21,259 bases of DNA from Candidatus Micrarchaeota archaeon (lineage in GTDB: Archaea > B1Sed10-29). A program made the position numbers and the translations under genes. Location: NCBI GenBank assembly GCA_964579265.1, contig CAZOFO010000011.1, forward strand, positions 1 to 21,259, given 5' to 3'. This document shows positions 7,909 to 14,876 of the stretch, piece after piece (the first letter of the stretch is position 1; every line of letters starts with the position of its first letter). A model generated the notes under the pieces. That model was not told the origin of the DNA. It was given only the letters and a program-made list of their open reading frames with translations, and did no database searches.

Positions 7909-8739
7909 ATGGATTCCGAAGAAACCATTAAACAAATACTAAACCTCACTTTCAAAGGAAGAGTACTAGCAATATATCTATCCAGCTTCGTTCTATTCCT
8001 AATAGGAGCATTAGTAAAATCATATACAGGACCAGAAGGATTCTTAGCATTTCCAGCAGGAACTCCATTAATCATAATAATCTTAGTTCTATTCACAGCA
8101 GGATTCCTATTCTTCGGATACCTAACACCACTGATAATGTTCTTAATAGGACACTACACGCACTACCTAATCATAGAAACAGGTTCATTCCTATCACCAG
8201 CCCCAATACTTCTAATAATATCCTCATTCATAGTTTCCTACGCAGGAATAATGCTAGGAGACACTCTCCTAAGAGACATCTCAGGAAGAGGAAACTTCCT
8301 GGAAGCCTTAAAAATATCTCTAATAATACTAGTAATAGGAATAGCAATAGCAGGAATAGGAGACCTACTAGCAGCACCAATAGGATCTCCAGGATGGACC
8401 GTGGAAAGACACATTGAAGAAATTAACGAAGGAAATCTAGAAGAAGCAACTAGATACTTAGAAACTGAAAGAAGAATAACATTCCTCGATCAAATAGAAG
8501 AATCACGGGAAGAAATACAGTTTATGGAGCAAATGATGGAAGAAATGGACATAGAAGCCGATATAATAGAAGAAGACATATTAAATGGAGACGCAACAGT
8601 AAAAGCTGAAATAGAAACTTCCGGCACATTCAATAATCAAACCATAACACACACAGAGGAAAAAGAATTCTACCTAATTAGAGAAAGCAACAGATGGAAA
8701 CTAACGGACGAACCAACAGCATTAATAGAAACGGAATAA
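7909..8739 (+). CDS. Membrane protein: about 5 N-terminal TM helices plus an acidic C-terminal NTF2-like (DUF4878-like) domain
   Basis: First ~155 aa strongly hydrophobic. C-terminus follows SP..TV...IE.INEGNLEEA..YL...GDATVK....FYLIRE.NRWKL, typical of extracytoplasmic NTF2-like domains. Confidence 0.65.
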   Translation: MDSEETIKQILNLTFKGRVLAIYLSSFVLFLIGALVKSYTGPEGFLAFPAGTPLIIIILVLFTAGFLFFGYLTPLIMFLIGHYTHYLIIETGSFLSPAPILLIISSFIVSYAGIMLGDTLLRDISGRGNFLEALKISLIILVIGIAIAGIGDLLAAPIGSPGWTVERHIEEINEGNLEEATRYLETERRITFLDQIEESREEIQFMEQMMEEMDIEADIIEEDILNGDATVKAEIETSGTFNNQTITHTEEKEFYLIRESNRWKLTDEPTALIETE

Positions 8740-8826
8740 CCCAAAACAGAAACACTTCAATATCCGAAAAATAAAGAATGAAAAAATTAGAAAAACAAAA
8801 AACCCCTTCTTTCACAAATAAAAAAC

Positions 8827-8840
8827 CAAAAGCTTAAATA
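8827..8840 (+). promoter_or_regulatory. Archaeal BRE/TATA promoter with no convincing downstream ORF
   Basis: CAAAAG-CTTAAATA, about 22 nt before a GC-rich structured segment. Confidence 0.55.
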
Positions 8841-8860
8841 CCCCCTAACACCATATAATA

Positions 8861-8934
8861 TGTTGGACAGACCCTTTCTCCAACGCGTCACCGTTTGTTC
8901 AGGAGGACGGAGCGGCACCGTCCTCCCTATATTT
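8861..8934 (+). ncRNA. Candidate small structured RNA A (two hairpins)
   Basis: GTTGGA 8862-8867 pairs with TCCAAC 8879-8884. Perfect 9-bp stem GGAGGACGG 8902-8910 / CCGTCCTCC 8918-8926, followed by CTATATTT. GC island in A-rich spacer, at the expected distance from a TATA box. Confidence 0.45.
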
Positions 8935-9089
8935 ACCACCTCTAGAATGTTCTATACACCCCTCTAACCTCTAGAAACACATAAAAGAAATTATAAGAAT
9001 AACAAAAAGAAAAATATAGAGACAAATATATACAGATAAAAAAATTAAGACAGTAATAAAAAAGAAATAGAAAAAAGGGAAAAATACCA

Positions 9090-9227
9090 TTAAACGAATT
9101 TATTAACAGTAGTACCACACTCAGGGCATTCTCCCTTTAACATTTCTCTATCATTCTTTGTAGTGGTTTTCTTTTCATCCTTCATTTCAACTTTTTCCTT
9201 ACACTTAACACAGTAAGCTTCAGTCAT
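9090..9227 (-). CDS. DUF5679-like zinc-ribbon protein (45 aa)
   Basis: Below the ORF-track cutoff. MTEAYCVKCKEKVEMKDEKKTTTKNDREMLKGECPECGTTVNKFV; AYCVKC...KN.R..LKG.CP.CGT pattern; strong GGAGGTGGA RBS. Confidence 0.88.
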   Translation of the reverse strand: MTEAYCVKCKEKVEMKDEKKTTTKNDREMLKGECPECGTTVNKFV

Positions 9228-9264
9228 ATATAATCCACCTCCACCCATGAATAGAGAACACTAG

Positions 9265-9279
9265 TATAAAAACCTTGCC
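9265..9279 (-). promoter_or_regulatory. BRE/TATA promoter of the DUF5679 gene
   Basis: Minus strand GGCAAGG-TTTTTATA, 38 nt upstream of ATG 9227. Confidence 0.55.
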
Positions 9280-9423
9280 TAAAAAACCCTTAAAACAAGG
9301 GTGAAAATAGGGAAATATTAGGCACTACAGAGAACCAAAAAAATTTAAACCACGGCTCATTTCCAATACACGTTGAAAAAAAGACCAGGATCACCCAGCC
9401 AACCAACCCAAGGAGGAAAAAAA

Positions 9424-11040
9424 TTGACTAAATACATATTCGTAACAGGAGGAGTAATGTCAGGACTTGGAAAAGGAGTCACAACCAGCAGCATAGCCAG
9501 AATAATCCAAGAAAAAGGATACAACATCTCCTGCCTAAAAATAGACCCCTACGTAAATATAGATGCAGGAACAATGCGCCCAACAGAACACGGAGAAGTA
9601 TTCGTAACAGAAGACGGAGGAGAAATAGATCAGGACCTAGGAAACTACGAAAGATTCCTAAACAAGAACCACAAAAAAGAACACAACCTAACAACAGGAA
9701 AAACATACAAAAAACTTATAGAAAAAGAAAGAAAAGGAGAATTCCTCGGGGAAACCGTTCAAATAATACCACACCTGATAAATGAAATAAAAGACCACGT
9801 AGAAAAAGTAGGTAAAGGAGAAGACTTCCTAGCAATAGAAGTAGGAGGAACAGTAGGAGACTACGAAAACATACCATTCTTAGAAGCCGCAAGACAAATG
9901 AGGCTGGAAAAAAACGAAGAAGAAGTAATATTCGTACACGTAACCTATCTACCGATAATAGAAGCAATAGGAGAACAAAAAACAAAACCCACACAACACA
10001 GCGTTAAAATGCTAAGAGAAGAAGGAATAACACCTGACTTCATAGTAGGAAGAAGCGAAAAACCACTGGACAAACCTAGAAAAGAAAAAATATCTCTATT
10101 CTGCGATGTAAAAGAAGAAAACGTGATCTCAGCCCCAAACACAGACAACATATACAAAGTACCAGTGAAACTACAGGAACAAAAACTAGGGGAAAAGATA
10201 CTCGAACAAGCAGACAAAAAACCAAAGAAAAAAGACCTCAAAAAATGGAAGCAAATACTTGAAAAAATGGAGAAAGACAAAAACAGAGAAACAATAAAGA
10301 TAGGACTAGTTGGAAAATACATATCTTCAGGAGACTTCAGCGTAAGAGACTCATACATATCCATCACAGAAGCAATAAAACACTCCGCAGCAGAAAACGA
10401 TGTAAACTACAGTATCGAATGGATAAACTCCACCGAACCGGAAAAAACAAAGAAAGAAATAGAAAAACTGGACGCAGTGATCATACCAGGAGGATACGGA
10501 AAAAGCGGGATAAAAGGAAAAATAGAAGCAATAAAAAAATGCAGAGAAGAAAAAATACCCTTCCTAGGCCTATGCCTCGGACTACAGCTCTCAGTAGTAG
10601 AACACGCTAGAAACAAACTAGGAATGGAAAAAGCACATTCAACGGAGATGAATGAAAACACCGAACACCCCGTCATAGATCTACTGCCAGAACAACAAGA
10701 CATAGAGAAAAAAGGAAACACCATGAGACTAGGAGCATACCCCGCAGTACTCAAAGAAAACACAAAAACAAGAGAAATCTACGGGAAAGAAAAAGTAAAA
10801 GAAAGACACAGGCACAGATACGAAGTAAACCCAGAATACCACGAAGAACTAGAGAAAAAAGGACTAATATTCTCAGGAACATCACCAGATGAAAAACTAG
10901 TTGAATTCATAGAAATAAAAGAACACCCGTACTTCATAGCCACTCAAGCTCATCCAGAATTCAAATCAAGGCCAGAAAAACCACATCCACTCTTCAAAAG
11001 ATTATTAAAAGTTAGCAAAGAACAAAAAAGAAACGGTTAA
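9424..11040 (+). CDS. pyrG: CTP synthase
   Basis: TKYIFVTGGVMSGLGKG, KIDPYVNIDAGTM, EVGGTVGD, KTKPTQHSV, glutaminase GLCLGLQ, RHRHRYE and QAHPEF. Start moved to TTG 9424 (AGGAGG at 9411-9416). Confidence 0.97.
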   Translation: MTKYIFVTGGVMSGLGKGVTTSSIARIIQEKGYNISCLKIDPYVNIDAGTMRPTEHGEVFVTEDGGEIDQDLGNYERFLNKNHKKEHNLTTGKTYKKLIEKERKGEFLGETVQIIPHLINEIKDHVEKVGKGEDFLAIEVGGTVGDYENIPFLEAARQMRLEKNEEEVIFVHVTYLPIIEAIGEQKTKPTQHSVKMLREEGITPDFIVGRSEKPLDKPRKEKISLFCDVKEENVISAPNTDNIYKVPVKLQEQKLGEKILEQADKKPKKKDLKKWKQILEKMEKDKNRETIKIGLVGKYISSGDFSVRDSYISITEAIKHSAAENDVNYSIEWINSTEPEKTKKEIEKLDAVIIPGGYGKSGIKGKIEAIKKCREEKIPFLGLCLGLQLSVVEHARNKLGMEKAHSTEMNENTEHPVIDLLPEQQDIEKKGNTMRLGAYPAVLKENTKTREIYGKEKVKERHRHRYEVNPEYHEELEKKGLIFSGTSPDEKLVEFIEIKEHPYFIATQAHPEFKSRPEKPHPLFKRLLKVSKEQKRNG

Positions 11041-11141
11041 AAACGAAAAAATAGTTTTATATATCCACAGTTCCTTGTTTACCCGAGGCGTTGGAGCCTT
11101 AAAACAAAGGAAAATAAGTATAAAAAAACGGTGGCGCGGAT

Positions 11142-11852
11142 ATGCAAACCCTACTGGACATGTTCAACGAAAGCCAAAACAGATTATCAAAAGGAGAGAA
11201 AGGAATACAACAACTAAAAAACATCTATTCCTCTAGAAAAGAAAGAAAGAAAAGCTCAGAATTCAGTTTCCACGTGAAAACCCTTTTCACAATGGTGAAA
11301 GCACTAGAAGCTAAGAACGTAGATATACAAAGAAGCAAAGAATCCCGTAGACTAGAGAGATTAGAATTCAACCCGACCATCTCAAAACCAAATATATCCA
11401 TAACTGACAATGAATCAAGACCGTTCTCAGCATGGTACCTCCCCCTGATCTATGTACCATCAAGAAATTCAGCAAAGAAGATAAGCCCGGAATACGTTGT
11501 AATGGGAGGAGAAAGAAGATCAATGTACGAGGAAACAGGGAAACTTAAAAAATCCCTCTACACCTACGAATTCCTATCCGACTCACTTCTGAAAGAAAAC
11601 TCTAAAAAATTACTTGAAAAGATGAACGAAGTCGAGCTAGTAATGCACGTTAAAAAGAAATTCAACTCAAGCGATCTTCCAGATATAAGAGACTCAGAAC
11701 ACTACCTAAAACCAAAAAACCTGCTAGTGATCTCAGAAGAAGAACTTCCAGAGGGATTAAAGATGAATCTACCTCCTAAGACAAGATTCAAAGATAATGT
11801 TGACCTTAACCTAAGAAAACTTGAAAACGAAATAAAAAACACACTACAGTAA
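11142..11852 (+). CDS. Hypothetical protein (possibly a degenerate PD-(D/E)xK fold)
   Basis: 236-aa ORF filling the gap, local codon usage, GGTGG RBS, upstream TTTTATAT at 11055-11062. No family recognised with confidence. Confidence 0.7.
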   Translation: MQTLLDMFNESQNRLSKGEKGIQQLKNIYSSRKERKKSSEFSFHVKTLFTMVKALEAKNVDIQRSKESRRLERLEFNPTISKPNISITDNESRPFSAWYLPLIYVPSRNSAKKISPEYVVMGGERRSMYEETGKLKKSLYTYEFLSDSLLKENSKKLLEKMNEVELVMHVKKKFNSSDLPDIRDSEHYLKPKNLLVISEEELPEGLKMNLPPKTRFKDNVDLNLRKLENEIKNTLQ

Positions 11853-11856
11853 AAAA

Positions 11857-12552
11857 CTAATCCGAAGGAGTATAATCACTCAATCTTTCTCTTATCTCAT
11901 CCACAGGTAAGATAGTCTTTACAAGAGGAACACCTTCCGCTTTAGCTATCTTCCTACCTATCTTATCGACTTCCTGCACATTATGAAGAACTATGATAGA
12001 AGGTTTTAATTCAGTTACCCTGACCGCGACAAGCGGACTTCTTCCCATGGAGACATTCTGGAATATAAGAGCTCTTTCAGTCGTAGAGCCGTATATATTT
12101 ATGAATCTATCACAAGGAAGCTCTAAAATAGCTCTAAGAGAATCAATGAAAGTACATCCATATATAGTGGATTCTTCTAGCTTATCTTCACCTAAAACTA
12201 TTTCCCCATCAATTATATCTTCTATAAATTCCTTGGAACTCATTGAACCGGAAAGACTAAGTATTTCATAAGGTTCTTCCAGCTCTTCGTCTTCTTTTAA
12301 TTTCTTTACAGTCCATCCTCCTCTTTTCTCATCTATCTCTATTATAGCTTCCACGAATCTCTGTATTATGTTAGTTCCAGGACTTTTCCTTCTGTTGGAT
12401 TCGTAATCACTTATTGTAGAGGACGTTACGCCTAGATGATCTGCTAGATCTGTCTGAGTGACATCGAATATCTCTCTCCACTTCTTCAAGCTGGCTCCCG
12501 GGTTTTCGGAAAGGGTTATTTCACCAGCGATTTTAAGCGGTAATTTATCCAT
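11857..12552 (-). CDS. XRE-type HTH transcriptional regulator, COG1709 family
   Basis: IAGEITLSENPG..LKKWRE.F...Q..LA..LGV..S.ISDYE..RRKSPG; C-terminal IYGCTFIDSLRAI, ERALIF.NVS.GRSPLVAVRV. Confidence 0.92.
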   Translation of the reverse strand: MDKLPLKIAGEITLSENPGASLKKWREIFDVTQTDLADHLGVTSSTISDYESNRRKSPGTNIIQRFVEAIIEIDEKRGGWTVKKLKEDEELEEPYEILSLSGSMSSKEFIEDIIDGEIVLGEDKLEESTIYGCTFIDSLRAILELPCDRFINIYGSTTERALIFQNVSMGRSPLVAVRVTELKPSIIVLHNVQEVDKIGRKIAKAEGVPLVKTILPVDEIRERLSDYTPSD

Positions 12553-12652
12553 ATTTAGTAATAGCTACTCCATGTTTAAATAATTAACGAATCCATCTTT
12601 GGAGGTTGTGGAAGAATGCTGTTTTGGTTAAATAGAGAAATTAAAAATAATT

Positions 12653-12670
12653 GCAAAAGTTTTTTAAAAA
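12653..12670 (+). promoter_or_regulatory. BRE/TATA promoter of the JAB gene
   Basis: GCAAAAG-TTTTTTAAAA about 30 nt upstream of ATG 12699. Confidence 0.5.
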
Positions 12671-12698
12671 CAAAACCTATAATTTAACCGGTGTGATC

Positions 12699-13484
12699 AT
12701 GAGCAATGTAAAGAAACGTAGAGAAAAGAAAGCTGAAGAACTAGAAAAAAAGAAGAAAAAGATAAAGAAGAAGCACCCAGATGCAAAAATAAGAGAAAAA
12801 TTCAAGGAACTATTCAAAGCAGACAGGATCGTGGTGCCAGAAAAGGCTAAGGAGATAGCTAAAAAAGAGGAAAAAGAGATAAAAGGAAGATTAAGAGGAT
12901 ACAAGGTAGAAAAAGATGGTGAAAAGATAGTTGTTCTTATCCCTAGATTCAAAGAAGAATATAGTCTGGCAAGAAGAAGCACTTCAGTAAGAAAAACTCC
13001 TGAGTTCCGTGAAGAAACTAGCATGAGGCAACAGACCTTTATTGCTGATTCAAGTGTCGAAGAGAAGTTAAAGCAGATCTCGGAAGGAGAGTTAGTTGGA
13101 ACCGCCCACACACACCCTTCTATTGAAAATCTTCCAGATAAAGCAAAAAAAGAGATGGAGAAAAAAGATAGATCGCTCGAAGAACTATCCGAATCCGACA
13201 AATCCGCTCAAGTCGAAACTGCAAATAGTCCAGAGTTAGTGGTTTCCGAAGAAGGAGCATCAATAGGAATACCCGGTGAATTCAAAGACAAAACCTCTCC
13301 TGGATACGGGAAACAAGATCAGGAAAAACTAAAGGAAAAGAAAGTAGAATACGTTTCCAAAAGTGAAATAAAGGAAATGCTGGAAAGTGAGAGTATCCCT
13401 GAGCGTAGAGCAAAGAAGAAAGGATTACCAATCCGGAAGAGAAAAAAGAAAAGCTTGTTTGAAAAACTAAATCCTTTCAAATAA
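12699..13484 (+). CDS. JAB/MPN+ (JAMM-motif) domain protein with basic N- and C-terminal tails
   Basis: KEIKGRLRG (E...G.L.G), LVGTAHTHPS and LSESD give E...HxH...SxxD. Start moved to ATG 12699 (GGTGTGA RBS). Confidence 0.7.
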   Translation: MSNVKKRREKKAEELEKKKKKIKKKHPDAKIREKFKELFKADRIVVPEKAKEIAKKEEKEIKGRLRGYKVEKDGEKIVVLIPRFKEEYSLARRSTSVRKTPEFREETSMRQQTFIADSSVEEKLKQISEGELVGTAHTHPSIENLPDKAKKEMEKKDRSLEELSESDKSAQVETANSPELVVSEEGASIGIPGEFKDKTSPGYGKQDQEKLKEKKVEYVSKSEIKEMLESESIPERRAKKKGLPIRKRKKKSLFEKLNPFK

Positions 13485-13518
13485 TAGAAGTAAGTAGAGA
13501 AATTTTAGAATTTTTAGA

Positions 13519-13626
13519 AAGGAAAAAGAGAGAAAGGGAGGGGGATGGTTGGAGAGGTTTAAAGGTTCAGGCTCACCCAGCCCGAAGAAAGAGGGTTAAT
13601 CTAACCTCTCCATGGGAGAAAAGGGT
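13519..13626 (-). ncRNA. Candidate small structured RNA B
   Basis: 10-bp terminal stem (13550-13559 / 13603-13612). Inner 8-bp stem (13566-13573 / 13579-13586) is fully paired only on the minus strand (G-U, versus A-C on plus). Minus-strand TATA upstream; CU/U-rich tail downstream. Confidence 0.5.
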
Positions 13627-13649
13627 ATTATATATTTACACCCTTTTCT
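13617..13649. repeat. Perfect 10-bp inverted repeat, operator-like
   Basis: AGAAAAGGGT 13617-13626, 13-nt AT-rich spacer, ACCCTTTTCT 13640-13649. Confidence 0.7.
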
Positions 13650-13663
13650 TTAAAAAGGTTTTG
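13649..13663 (-). promoter_or_regulatory. BRE/TATA promoter for candidate RNA B
   Basis: Minus strand CAAAACC-TTTTTAAA; no protein gene downstream on this strand. Confidence 0.5.
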
Positions 13664-13779
13664 GGTGGTTGTATAATCCGTAATATAGAAAGGTTTTTTT
13701 AATGATTCCGGTAATTTAAGTAGAAATATTTCTAATGTTGTTAAATTATATGTCGATTTTTACTGTTTTTCCAATCTTT

Positions 13780-14025
13780 TTATTCTATAGGGAAGTTTAT
13801 TACCACGTATTCTCCAACTGCTTCCACGTGTTGAAAGGGTATTACTAGGTTCCCTGCCTGGTTAGTGTATTCTTTTGCTTTTGGTGGTATTGCTTCTGGT
13901 TTTATAAGTAGGCTGTCTACTCTTCCGTTGTTTTCAAAGTAAGCGTCTGTTATTTTCCCTAGTTCTTTTCCTTGGGATGTTATTGCTTTCTTTTTTCTTA
14001 TTTTTTTTCCTAGCACTTGTTTCAT
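13780..14025 (-). CDS. Stand-alone PRC-barrel protein 2 (CdpB-like)
   Basis: K.AITSQGKELGKITD.YF..NGRV.SL.I.P...LVIPFQHVEAVGEYVVI. Confidence 0.88.
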   Translation of the reverse strand: MKQVLGKKIRKKKAITSQGKELGKITDAYFENNGRVDSLLIKPEAIPPKAKEYTNQAGNLVIPFQHVEAVGEYVVINFPIE

Positions 14026-14273
14026 TGTTTTCCCTCCACTATTATTATGTCTTTTACTGATTTAACTTTGTCAAATGGTATGAGGTTTTCTTTTACGAAT
14101 TCTTTGGCTTTGCTAAGATCTTTCCTCGGCATAGAGGATACTTTTCCTTTCAGTAGGTATGTTATTTCTCCTTTTTCCGTGTTTATCACTACATCTGTTG
14201 CTTTCCCAATGTGTTTGCTGTTCGAGTATATGTCTTTTCCTTTTATTTCGCTTATTCTATTCATTTTTTTCAC
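14022..14273 (-). CDS. Stand-alone PRC-barrel protein 1 (CdpB-like)
   Basis: ISEIKGKDIYS...IGKATDVVINTEKGEITYL...IPFDKVKSVKDIIIV; AAGGTGA RBS; ATGA overlap with the next gene. Confidence 0.88.
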   Translation of the reverse strand: MKKMNRISEIKGKDIYSNSKHIGKATDVVINTEKGEITYLLKGKVSSMPRKDLSKAKEFVKENLIPFDKVKSVKDIIIVEGKQ

Positions 14274-14313
14274 CTTTTCTTTTGGCTTGATGTATTTTAG
14301 GAGGGAATTGGTT

Positions 14314-14326
14314 TATTTAAATGGTT
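14314..14326 (-). promoter_or_regulatory. TATA box of the PRC-barrel pair
   Basis: Minus strand AACCA-TTTAAATA, about 40 nt upstream of ATG 14273. Confidence 0.5.
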
Positions 14327-14356
14327 GGGTCGCTGTTGGTGTGAGAGGAGCGACCC
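14327..14356. repeat. GC-rich 8-bp inverted repeat (3' stem-loop or operator)
   Basis: GGGTCGCT 14327-14334, 14-nt loop, AGCGACCC 14349-14356; between the prefoldin stop and the PRC-barrel promoter. Confidence 0.65.
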
Positions 14357-14374
14357 TTTTTCTCTGTTCTTTTT

Positions 14375-14689
14375 CTATCCTGCTTGTTGTTGTGACTGCA
14401 TTTCTTGGATTTTTTCCTGTGCTTGTTCTTTTCTTTCCTCTAGTTTTTCTTTTTTTCTTTCTAGTTCTTCTTTTTGTTCTTCTAGTTCCTCTTTTATTTT
14501 TTCTTTAGGTTTCTCTATCAGTACGTTCCCTGCTGATTTGTATACTTTTCCTTCTGCTTTTTCTACTTCTTCTATTGCGTTTTTTACTTCTCTCAGTTGT
14601 AGTTCTACTGTTCTTTCTTGGTTTTGAAGTGCTTGTGTCTGTCTTTGTAGGTTTTGAGCTCTTCTAGCTTGATCTTGTTTTTCTGGCAT
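14375..14689 (-). CDS. pfdB: Prefoldin beta subunit
   Basis: Coiled coil, LREVKNAIEEV...KVYKSAGNVLIE hairpin, coiled coil; canonical position in the superoperon. Confidence 0.92.
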   Translation of the reverse strand: MPEKQDQARRAQNLQRQTQALQNQERTVELQLREVKNAIEEVEKAEGKVYKSAGNVLIEKPKEKIKEELEEQKEELERKKEKLEERKEQAQEKIQEMQSQQQAG

Positions 14690-14723
14690 TTTTTTACCTC
14701 CTATTAGTGTTATTTTTATAGTT

Positions 14724-14852
14724 TTAGTCTGTTTCTATTTCTTTTACTACTCCTGCTCTTTTCTTGGTTAGTATTTTCTTACCGCATTTTGGGCATTTAA
14801 CTTCCTTTATATCTTCGACTTCTTCTCCGCAGTGGAAACATTTCCATGTCAT
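14724..14852 (-). CDS. rpoP: DNA-directed RNA polymerase subunit P (Rpo12), 42 aa
   Basis: Not in the ORF track. MTWKCFHCGEEVEDIKEVKCPKCGKKILTKKRAGVVKEIETD; CxxCG...CPxCG.KIL.K.R; directly after eL43; AAGGAG RBS. Confidence 0.93.
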   Translation of the reverse strand: MTWKCFHCGEEVEDIKEVKCPKCGKKILTKKRAGVVKEIETD

Positions 14853-14876
14853 TTTTTATCTCCTTTTTTGTCTTTA

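Noticed and set aside
8860..8967. 35-codon ORF MLDRPFLQRVTVCSGGRSGTVLPIFTTSRMFYTPL
   Set aside because: Codon usage and composition are unlike local genes and the sequence is better explained by hairpins. A leaderless peptide is not fully excluded.
8938..8976. Direct repeat ACCTCTAGAA, two copies
   Set aside because: Only two short copies; not a CRISPR array, and no element between them suggests a target-site duplication.
9338..9423. Possible pyrG attenuator or reiterative-transcription leader
   Set aside because: No GGGC start, terminator hairpin or anti-terminator is visible.
13550..13612. RNA B as an H/ACA guide, Y RNA or tRNA remnant
   Set aside because: No ACA box after the stem, no canonical K-turn, no bulged-C Ro60 helix and no cloverleaf.
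13545..13653. Micro-ORFs MVGEV and MGEKGIIYLHPFL (+) and MERLD (-)
   Set aside because: Too short to support, and they coincide with the inverted-repeat arms.
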